This document shows positions 24,701 through 35,956 of a DNA stretch of 64,000 nt, piece by piece. The notes under the pieces are model-generated. The model was given only the letters and a program-made list of their open reading frames with translations, searched no databases and had not been told where the DNA came from. The first letter of the stretch is position 1; each line of letters begins with the position of its first letter. The stretch is from Lingula anatina (Eukaryota; Animalia; Brachiopoda): positions 2,790,001-2,854,000 of the forward strand of contig CM120646.1 of assembly GCA_051362555.1 (NCBI GenBank), written 5' to 3'. The translations under genes and the position numbers were made by a program.

Positions 24701-26643
24701 ATTATAATGCCACTCCATGGTAATATGTATGTAACACCTGCTGTAGAATTAATATGTAAATAATGCTCTTGCGTAATATTAAAAGGCTTCGCTGATAGCA
24801 GTCTACCTGGAACTGCATGCTAAGACTAACTGTTTGTCTGGGTTGGTTACTATGGTAACCACGAAATGGGATGTTTCTGAATGCATCATTACCTCAGAAA
24901 ATCAATATTTGCACCTTGGATTTAATCTAGATGAATGGGACAGTGGTAATTTTATTGACTCACTGGCATGTTGTAAGCCTACTAAACATTTGCACTTTAA
25001 TTAAATCCTGAATATAGAGAAGTATCATGCATTTATTAATAGTTCTGAAGAAAGCTGTGATATCATGTGTAGATATGGGTGCCTGCATTCATGCAAAGTT
25101 CCCATTGAAAAATGTGGATGTTTGTAAACACCCACTGGTATAACTAAAAAACATTGAATAAATATATCTTCAATTCATATATCATGTTTATCACATTTTA
25201 ATTTTTTTATTTATTTGGTTTTTATAATTATGTATTATTATTATTATTATATGAACAGCTGTGATAATGCTCTTTTTATTTTAAATAAAATTTTAGCCTT
25301 CCTGTGCCCCATCTTTTTTGCTTTGATAATTTTTTCTCAAAATCGCGGTTATTATTTGTAAATATAACTTTCTGCAGGTAGCAAAATGTCTGTAATAATT
25401 GTCTAGTGTCGTCATGTGTGCTAAGCTTGAATATTGTCATTCCAGACGTCCGCCCTTGGTCTAAATGATCATCACCAGGCCACTGTTATCAACTACATGC
25501 GGTTTGCTCGCTATCAGCGCGGGCAGAGACTGCGGGCTGTTGACGCATGTTTTGACGACCTGAAGGACAGCAGGTACATAATGCTGAGTCAGACCTTCTT
25601 TTTGCTGTAGGCGAGACTCATTTCAAAAAAGAACCACGTATTAACAAATAATTTATTTCAAATTAATTCATTTCAGAGCTAAATCTGAGTTCTGTTTTAT
25701 AACAGGGAAGAAATGGTCCTGTTTAAGAACAATAGTGGCCCTCTTTTAGTAGGGGTAATGGGTCCTTACATCCTGATGTATGGTGGTGGAAAAAGTGGAA
25801 GACTAAGCTAACCCCCCCACCCCCACCCATCCTTTGCCATTGCTCTCCTCACATTCACACACACACACACGCATCCTGTTCTTTGATATGACCATCTTTT
25901 CGTTAATGTTTTTGCTTCAGGCTCATAGATGAAACCTTCACAGTTGACGAGGTCACTGAGATGCTTGACGGACTCCTGGCGGTGGTCAGGGGCGAAATGG
26001 AGTCCGAGCTCATCAACACGGCCCACACCAATGTCTTGTTGCTACGGCAACTGTGTCAACAGGCTGAGAAGTGGCATTTGAAACTTCAGGCTGATATTTC
26101 TGAATTGGAAAACAGGTTAGTGTGAGCATCGGTGGCAGAAAGTGGGGGCCAGTGTTTTTGCTAACTGTCCAGTACTTATGTGATTAATACAAAAGACTGC
26201 CTTAATTATATCTTATGTAGCAGAGCTGGGCATAAAAGGTGGGTTACTGGCCCGGGGCAATGAAAACCCATCTCATGCCTGTGAATCACAGGGGTTACTG
26301 TCCTGAAGGGCAAGTAAAACTTAATGCGCCAAGTAACCCTTGTAATATTTACCAGACCTCACTGGCCCAAAAAGGACAGTGGAGAAAAAAGTTAGTGTCA
26401 AGCCCTGTTTAGGTTGTTTTATTAATAATAAACTTAGATATTGTGTGAAGTTAACTTGAGCTAGTGCATAGTGACACAGACTATATATTTTGTTTATTTT
26501 TTAGGGATCTACTTGAGAAGATCAAAGATTTTGAGGATGCAGAATTTACAGGGACCAAACGTGACACGGACTTCTCAGCTCTGTCTGGACCTAGTAAACT
26601 AGAACCACTGAACGAGAGCTCTGCATCTGCCCTACTGCATATG

Positions 26644-26677
<34 letters not shown>

Positions 26678-29414
26678 ATGCATATGGTATGTGTGTGCAT
26701 GTGTGTGTGTGTGTGTGCATGCATATGGTATGTGTGTGCATGTGTGTGTGTAAGTGAGCGTGTGTGTGTGCATGTGTGTGTGTGTGTGTAAGAGAGCGTG
26801 CATATGGTAAGTGTGTGTGTGTGAGCGTGTGCATGTGTGTCTTAGCAGATGGTGAATGCATTTATACAATGTATATGTCAGTATTTATATGCATGTGTGT
26901 GTAAATGTTTGAAAGGTTGCAATGACAGCATTTGAATGTGTGCATGTGGATTTATTTGTTTCTACATTTTTTGAGAAATTAAGGCAAAGGAAGGAGAATT
27001 TTATGTGTGTGCATGTATATGCATGGACATTTGACAGAAAGAAGGAATTAGCAGATTGTTTTTGAGCATTGTTTTTGTATATTTATTTGTGTGCAGACTG
27101 AAACTATCCAATAAAAGCATGGAACCGAAACTCCTCTGCAGTATCTGAGTTAAACCTGTATTATTTAAACTGATAATTAAAAGTATGATAGTTTAAATTA
27201 AATAAATATAGTTCACATGTTTTGATGCTATAACATTTTTGTCTTGATTTCTACAGGAGATTGAAAGGTTAAAAGAAGAAAATGAAAAACTAAAGGACAG
27301 GCTGAAGGCTGTAGAATCCCAGGTGTGTATAGGGGCATATTTACCATGTTGTGAATATTGATGTATATACCTAGACGCACACAAACATATTAACAGCTTT
27401 TATGTTAATCATTTGATCAAGTGCTAAATACAATATTCTCTTTCCGTGCAAAATATATATTAAACATTTGTTCATCATTTTGCTATTAATTTTTTTTAAG
27501 CCAGAAAGTCACTAGACTTGCAACACAGTATTCATGTTATTTTAAATAGAGTATTTCTGTCTTTTGTAATTTAGTAATTTTTGCAAATTTTGCAAATATT
27601 TTTTTTTTTTTAATTATAAAAATACTAACAGTGGAGTGACAGCCAAGTGTACAGTATTTTGAATTAATGTTATCTGTTTCAGGCCCTGGGAATACAACAA
27701 GAGAAGAACCTGCTGTCCTCAGACTTAGAGAAGACAAAAAATGCCCTCAGCTCAGCTAAAGGAACTGTCATAAGGGTAGGGTGTGGATTTGTTTATTTCC
27801 AGGTTCCCATTTTACAAAGTATCTCAAATCCAAATTTGTCTGAGCTTGAAAACTAGGCTAGGTTAGATCTGATTAAATAAATTAAAAATAACTACATCTT
27901 TTTAATCTGAATTTATTGTGCAAGAGGATTGCTGACTATCAGTAACAGCTTCAATTAATTTACTGGAGGAACTCTTTCTAAATGATGTTAAAATATGTAA
28001 AATGCTTTTTTTTTTTTAATGTTTAAAAGTTTCATTAGTTTAGTGATCTCTTACACTTAAAAAAAAAAAGATATATTTCAGGTTACAACAACATTCATGC
28101 AGTAGTCAACATTTATTTCTAATCTACTACTCAACAAATCATTCAAGCCAAGTTGTAAATAATGCCTAATAGTAAACTTGGGTATTTGTATTCCAGCAAG
28201 ACTCTGGTGAAGAGGTGGAGGCACTGAGAAAGCAGATGGCAGGGTTGAAGTCTGAGATTGACAAGGTAGGTATTGAATGGACATTTGGTAACAGCCTGTT
28301 GAGGACCGACAGGATCTTTCATATTGCATGTCCTGTGGACTGGTAAAGTTTTTGTGGAAAGACTACTCGTAGGAAAAAATGTTATGTGTCATATTTCATC
28401 TGAAAAATATATATATATTTATTAAATCTTCTAGAGTAGGAAGCATGGCTCTGCAGCAGCAGAGATGCTGGAAGGGGACCTAGCTGACACCAAACACGAG
28501 CTTTTGAAAGTCAGAGCAGATCTGGAGCTGGCAGAGAAGGTACGTAAGTTGTGCAGTCCGAGCCTACATCACTGTTGTGGACTGGGGTTGCTGTTACTAA
28601 AATGTTATTTCATTGAACTAAGCCAGATGCTTGAAAGAGCTTGTTTCTGATAAAAAAAAGTTCATTCCTGGTCCTTGCCTTGAGAAGAACCCTCTTTAGT
28701 TTGTAGTCAGCAATTTTAAATTTGGGATTCTTTTTCTGAAAAGGGGGACCTTTTACCATGAAACGTTCATGAACCTATATCGCATTTTCACCAGAACAGA
28801 CCTTTTCCACGGAAAGGTGGGAGGGAGGGTTTTTATTTTAACCCCCCGAATCCCACCCCCACCCCCCACCTCACCCCACTACTTCCCTGGTTCTTTTTTG
28901 TGTGTGTATTAATGAACCGTTTTTGTTATTTGAGGTAATGCAGTCGGTATCTGTCGTGTTTAAGAAGCTGGTTTCTGAGTGGTTTAGTATGATAAGCCAG
29001 CTTGTCTGTTGGTCTGAAACATAAGCCATATTTTATATACAGATGCACTGTTTCATTTAAGTTTTGATCATTGATAATCCCAAAAAATTTTTCAGGAATT
29101 GGAGAAGAAAGTAAGCCAGACTGCACCATTTAAGAACCTGAAGCAAATGTTAACTAAGAAGAATGACCAAATTAAAGATTTGCGGAGAAGGCTAGCAAAG
29201 TAAGAGACATAGCGCCTTCTTGATGGTGACATTTTGAGAGGCAACTTACATGATAAGCTTGTTTCATAGAAAAATTTGTATATTTACAGATAATTAAAAC
29301 TGAATGAAAAAGTTTAATGTGAGGGTTAACCTAAGAATATTCATTCAACCTGCATAGTTTTGTACCAATAAATTATATTTTCCCATTTTTAGATATGAAG
29401 ATAGTGATTTATGA
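21702..29414 (+). CDS. LZTFL1: Leucine zipper transcription factor-like protein 1 (BBS17), about 307 aa, 10 coding exons
   Basis: Exons: 21702-21704 (ATG|GTAAGT), 25446-25573, 25921-26115, 26505-26643, 27257-27322, 27683-27775, 28197-28265, 28435-28539, 29096-29199, 29393-29414. The translation LGLNDHHQATVINYMRFAR...ETFTVDEV...ESELINTAHTNVLLLRQL..QAEKWHLKLQADISELENR...KKNDQIKDLRRRLAKYE matches LZTFL1. The ATG-only first exon is the least certain part. Confidence 0.93.
22928..23857. mobile_element. Non-autonomous TIR DNA transposon, about 930 bp (PIF/Harbinger-like), in LZTFL1 intron 1
   Basis: TIRs of about 34 bp, ggccacacttttttatttttatggatgacatcct / aggatgtcatccataaaaataaaaaagtgtggcc, flanked by TAA on both sides. 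Confidence 0.85.
24846..24859. promoter_or_regulatory. RFX X-box GTTACTATGGTAAC in LZTFL1 intron 1
   Basis: Full match to the GTYNCY-AT-RGNAAC consensus, inside a ciliary (BBS) gene. Confidence 0.6.
26644..26840. repeat. Compound (GT)n/GCAT repeat containing duplicated copies of the exon-4 donor
   Basis: catatggt recurs at 26681, 26722 and 26801. Confidence 0.85.
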
Positions 29415-30063
29415 TTCCCCTGGGACACAAGTGCAAGCCGATGTGCAAACCTGATTACAAAGCCGACTGTGAATGCTCTGTGTGTGTTTAAGGAACTTGG
29501 ACATCATTACTCTGACCTATGATAATAGTATATAGTATATAGTGACTCGGAGTTATGAACTTTTGAATGGTGGACTTTCATAGATATGAATAAAAAGTTG
29601 TGTGTTGGGTTGAATTGACATGTAAGATGGAAGTTTGCAAGTGTATATTATGAAATTTGTAAACCATGGTTACTTTAAACTTAATTTTATGAAACAGTGC
29701 TGTATATTTTTTTAGATTTAAAATACCCATGGTAACATACAAATGCACAGTGTATATTGCAGTATACATACATGCATTGGGCTTACCTCAGTCAACCGTA
29801 ACCTGTTTATGACTCGAGGTCACGGAAATCGGTGCAACTTTCTGGATAATCTAGATGATGTGTGTTTCTGCATTGCCATTAAAAAGTGGGACCACTTTGA
29901 AAATATGTTTACATGAAAAAAAAAAGGAATTATATGGGTATAAAGTACTGTAACCATGGTGATGTAACTGAGTGAAGGCTTCATCCTAGAAAAGAACTTG
30001 ATAATGTCTAAAATGACAAATCTATTATGACAACCAAACCTACCACTGCTTTTCAAAATTCAA

Positions 30064-30306
30064 TAGTCTGGCAGTTATACATGGATTGCTGATTTAATCA
30101 TTCCACAGACAGTTTTTATCTAAATATTCTCATATCGTCTAGTTTTCAGCTCTACTCAACTCCGTGTTAGAACATCAGCGCATGGCCAGTTTGTCCTGAG
30201 GAAGGATCTTGAGTAGAGCCAAAAATTAGACGATATGAAAATATTTATGTAAAAACTGTCTGTGGAATGATGAATTCAACAGTCCAAACATGCAACTGTC
30301 AAACTG
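30064..30306. mobile_element. Foldback MITE (imperfect inverted arms of about 95 bp) between the LZTFL1 and PDK 3' ends
   Basis: atcattccacagacagttttta...atatcgtcta...gctctactcaa pairs with ttgagtagagc...tagacgatat...taaaaactgtctgtggaatgat. Confidence 0.75.
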
Positions 30307-33300
30307 CATATTATTAATGTTTCACCTCATTTCTGCTGAGGTTTCTGAACAGTGAGTTAAAAGCAAAGTTCAACTGGACAAAACAAAATTAAAAGATGCT
30401 TTTTGTTCATTCAGAAGTTGGATATGAGATAAAAAGTACAATTTAGATGCAACCTTTCTTTAAGACACTGATTACAACTATCATGCATTTACATGCTTTA
30501 TAGAATCTTGAGAAAGGATACCAGATTAAGATTGCACCGGATTTGAAATGTTAAATACATTGCAAAGTTTTTATATTTATTTAAAACCTAAAAGAAAGAG
30601 TTATGAACATTTAGTACAGGTCCAGCTAAAGAGATTATGAGCAAAGGAAGATGAGAAAGCAAAGCATTCGTGTGAAAATATATACAAGATATTTATCTGA
30701 ATGTACCATGTTTAAATTGGATTGCAGTATTCTGATCTAGTCTAGTGTACATATAAAAAAGATTATCATTTTCAGTTAGCCCTGCTTTGTATATATATAA
30801 TATATAGATTTTCATTGTTTTATTTTTTATGCAAGGTTAACAGTGTTGAACTTTTAACAGTGTTTTTTGCTGTCACTTTTTCTTTGTACTTTCGCATTTT
30901 AAATGCATCCGTCCTTTGAGAAAAAGACCATCACATTTCAGTAAGCCAACTGTCTTTATATTTTCTACTAATTAATTTTTGTTTGACTAGTTTAGATGTT
31001 TAGTATGAGTCCTTAGTATGATAAAATGATAGGTAATGACTGGAAAGTTCATTAAAAAGCATTTAGAATTCCATATTTCAGGGGGAATGTTGTCCAGGAG
31101 TAGAATATTAGAATATTCAGTGAAAAATGCAATATATTAAAAATAAGAAAAAAAAAAGAGAATGGAAGGCTAGAGACAATTGACCATTAAAGTATGAAAT
31201 TATATGTATTTTGCTAGTGGCAACTTCTTCTTTAATCTATCTTGTGAAGTATAGTGAAGAAAGAGGTTTGGAGTTGACGCTTACGTTTGTCTTAAGGTGG
31301 TAAACCTCACTTAAGAACCGTAGGAAGTAATAGAAATTTGAGAGGGAAAAGAGAAAAGAAAACATTATCAAAAAAGTTTTTTTGTCACAAGATTCTTGTG
31401 GGTGTGCATACTTTACCAAAATGGCCATTATTGTACAAACTGACATGGTATTTTGTTACTGTGCTTCAGTTGATGTATGCTTCAAATGCTATACACAAGA
31501 CTTTCTTCTTAATTGGTTATTTTCAACTTTCCTGCTCCTGACTAGATGCAAAAAGCAAACCAGTTGCAGTCACAGTAATGTGATGCATTGTGCATGATGT
31601 AAAACCAGGAGTTAAATAGAAATAAAAGCACTTCTCTACTTTCTTTTCTGGTCAATTTTTATCTCAAAATGTTTTCATAATACCCATCTTCATGTTTTAG
31701 CAAAAATTGTGAAATTTGTGAAAATTTCAACCAGAATGAAGGCTTAAAAGATGACTTCCCATTTTGTGTAAGACATGATAACGGCAGTAGACAAGAAAAA
31801 TTCAAAGATACATAACAATATCGTTTATTTCTGGAGAAATAAGGGTCTGTGTAAATGTATTTTACTGTCTTCATGATAACATTAAAATTATAAACAGACA
31901 ATAATATAACAAGTATCAACTATGAACTTCAAATTCTATTAACCATCAAGAAGTACTTCTTACTGCAAATAAAACATTTCACATACTTCCTAGTAAGTCA
32001 CAACAACAAAGTAACTAACAGTAAATGGCTAAGTGTGCAATTATACACCTTCCATTTTCTGATTGAATCAGCAGATGAAATCTTCACAATTGCCAAAACT
32101 CTAAATATATTCTATATACTAATAACTACTTCATTTTTTTCTCTCTGGGAAATCCCTTCATGTGTCCGTCCTTTGGTCTTATTGTCTTAACATTTTATCA
32201 TAACTAATTACATTAGCCAAAGAACAAAAATCTAGCATGAAAACAATTTTGCTACTTGACAACATCACAAATATTTACTATTTCACCTTCTGATAACTAA
32301 ATATATACAAATCTAACCTTACTACTTTATCAATCCAAATAAACCTTCAGCAAACACCTCTGTAAATAACTTTTTACAATATTTTAAGATACTTGTGCAC
32401 AGCACTGCCAAGATACATATGTGACAGAATGTTTAAAATCTGGATATTTGTTAATTAAAACCTGTAGCCTTTTAAGATATAACAATAATGTGGATTTTTC
32501 GTGACTCATCTTTTTCAGCTTACTGTATGGCACCTAAATACCTCTGATAAAATACTCAGAGCACAGAATTTATTCCAAAAGTACTACGATGACACCAATT
32601 AATAACTTAATAAATAAAAATATAAATTACACAATCAATTTCAGAACTGACAAACTCATTCATATCTTCAAGGGCTGATAATATGTCCCTGTCTCATTTT
32701 GTTTTACAATTTACATTAAATATTTGTGAAGTAAATCCAATACTGAAGAGACCATGACTAGAACGAGAGGTAATTTCTTTAAAATTCCCACGTGAGCTTT
32801 GGGTCCAACACCATTTAAAGGGAAGTGTGGACACAGCTTGCAATTTGGTGCTGTAAAATTTCACCATGTCTGTCATTATCAGCTATGATCCTTGGGAGAA
32901 GTGCGAGAAAAATTTGATAAAACAAAAGGGTGATGAAAATGTGTTGTAACATTATTACAACGATCAACTAAAATACAGAATTTAGAAAAGATTTAGAACA
33001 TTTCTAGTTCCTGCTTGCATATGTCACTCTCTATGTTAAGTTTTAGATGGAAATAGGACATATTTTGTCATCTGCAAAGCCAAATACATTTGGCACATAC
33101 AACTTTCCTTGGCCACTGCGCTTTCAGTCATTCAAATTTCACTTTCCTTTCTCTCACTGAAATATATAATTAAAAGCCTATCATGTTATTTACATTTAAT
33201 TATATGCAAGACCAAATCATATATCTATTTTATATACAGCTCCAAAACATTTAAACCTAACACTATACATATATAACTGACATTTGGACTTTTTATAGAT

Positions 33301-33991
33301 CTTGAAACCTGCATGTGTATTTTCAAAACGTATGTAACAATGTGTGATAGTAATATGGTGAACACAGACATTTAGCTGATTATATGAATATAAAAGTGCT
33401 GGTCATGGAAACGAAGCACCAAAATCCTCGATTCATAATAAGTTCTATTGAACCAAGTGTTAACTATCACCTGTCCATTACATACTTTCAAGCATCACAA
33501 GTTTATTTTTTTATCACATAAAATAAGTACACCTTACTAATCTTTAAGTGCCAATAAAATGGAAAATCTATCGACTGACACCTTTACAGTAGAACTGTGA
33601 GTTCTTTCAATAAAACTGGATGTGATTCTAGTTGTTATATAACATTTATCAATGCAAAGTAACCATTGTAAAGAATGATATTTTCAACTAAAACTGTAAA
33701 TAACAGTCACGGCTCTGAAACGTGATCGTGGTTATTTACTGCTTTGCAAACAACTTTAAATATATACAAGTAGCAGTCTCAGATAGCAGAAAACTAGGTT
33801 CTATAATAATTACCAAGTGCTCTCACAAAACAGAAATGTTTTTTATATTTGAATAATCAAAGAGATATGATTGGAAACGGTGTCCAATAATCCGCAGTGC
33901 CATTTCCCTGTCTCTTTAACGTAGGGACAAATACAAGTTGTTACAAGTACAAGTGCTGTGTCCTGGTTAAGTTTGACTTGACTGTGGATTT

Positions 33992-35921
33992 CTACTGGTT
34001 GCTGGTTTTTGTGCAGTATGTCCTTGAAAGAAATGTTGTAAGACCTGAAAAATGGAAAATATGCATTTCAATTTATAGAACATAATAAGATTGTAATATT
34101 AGTGTCAAAGGCTAACATCATATTTTGATTCTTCAACACAAGAAAATGTTGAATTCTCATATCTTCAAAAAGTAATACATCTTTCAAACATTAAAACTTA
34201 TCTTTGAATCTTTGAAATCTGACTCATCGATGATAGAACAAATTGAAATAAAAACACTTTCACATAATTTAATTTGCAATTTATACAGCAATAATGCAAT
34301 TCAAACAGAAGTTTTAATTCTGACATGCCCACTTGTATACACTTATAGTCTCTCTCTCTCTCTCTCTCAAACACACACACACAGACACGCACTTTTAAAT
34401 CTTATCTTATCTTATCACATGTAATAGACTAAATTACAAGTCCTACCAGTGGTGTGACTGGGGTTACTCCAATCAGCTACAGGTATGGGGGAATTGTAGT
34501 ACTTTGCTGTAGTTTTGTTGAAAACTGGGAGAAGCTCGCTGGCAGCTTGAGAAAGAGTCTGAAGGACATAAATTTATGATTTCAGAATTGGCATTATTTT
34601 GAAAGAGCTTAATTGTGAATTAATAAGAAATATGTTGTTATAATCTACAATTTGAATGCTTTTAACATACTTTTTTGAATTAAAAATCATGCAATTTCAC
34701 ATATTATTATAGAAAGCAATATGCAACATCAGAACAAAATGACTAAACTTAAGTTTTACAACAGATGTCAAGTACATAAAATGTAGTCCCGATGTTTTCT
34801 CGCATACCCCTGTACATCCTGCGACAAGTAATTATAATATATAAATACAAGATATAACACATCTAACTTATCTATGTCCTTGACAACTCCTGTGAAATTA
34901 TACAGACACAACACTTATCAGGAGGTGTAAGTGGCAGACAAATGTGCTTGACATTCATGTCACATACACCTTGCTGAACTATATAATTCTATATCTTCCA
35001 TACCTTTAGATAAACATAGGCGTCAGTTCCATGCCCCTCCACGGGAGCAAGGTCAAGGTTACCGTTCAGATAGACAGCATACAGACGAGACAGAGGGAGA
35101 CCATAGCCATAGCCAGCCTGGGGAAATAATAATAATATTACATGTAATGCAAATTATCTGATCTTTTATCACTACAAGTGAAATTCACCAGTCTATTTAG
35201 AAAGTGTCTTAAAAACTAGAAATGTACAACTCAAAAACTATTTTGAACATAATAATTTTTTCAACAGCTTCATGAGTGATGTACCTTGGCAATTTAGGGA
35301 AATGCACTTTTTTAAATTAAGTTTTGCAACATTGAGGTAAAACACATATATGATCATGACATCTACTTACAAAGGGTGTGTGGTGGTCAGCTGAAGGCTT
35401 GGACGCAGTGGTGTAGGTGTAGTTAAACATCAGGTCAAGCTGGTCTCTGCTGAAACCACCGCCTTGGTCACTTATCTGAAATAGAACTCCGTAATTTAAA
35501 TAATATAAAAAATCATTTCAATGATTTTGACAGCTGTGTAACTATATAACACTGTTATCGTACAGATCATAAGGTATGCAATAATCCAGTAGTGTGTGTG
35601 TGTGTGTGAGTGCGTGCATGCGTGGATGCGTGTGTGTATATATATTATCCCCTTCCTTATTCATTTACCTTGATTGTAATGTCTTCTTTTCCTTTAAATA
35701 TCTTCACCTCAATGTGGGGCAGGAGATCGCTATCGGTGACATTACTGCGCGTCTCAATAGTGGCGCGCATGGAGTTCTTGAACAATTCAAACATGATGTG
35801 GTGAAGATGGGATGGGACGTAGACCATCTGGATAGGCTCTCCCTGCTCATAAGCTGAAAAAACAAGTAATAATAATAATAACCTTACTGTCTCTAACCTT
35901 AATTACTGTCTCTATCAGTAT

Positions 35922-35956
<35 letters not shown>

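Noticed and set aside
26464-26869. His/Thr-rich and Val/Cys-rich ORFs
   Set aside because: Products of (GT)n/(CA)n repeats; only 26505-26643 is a real exon.
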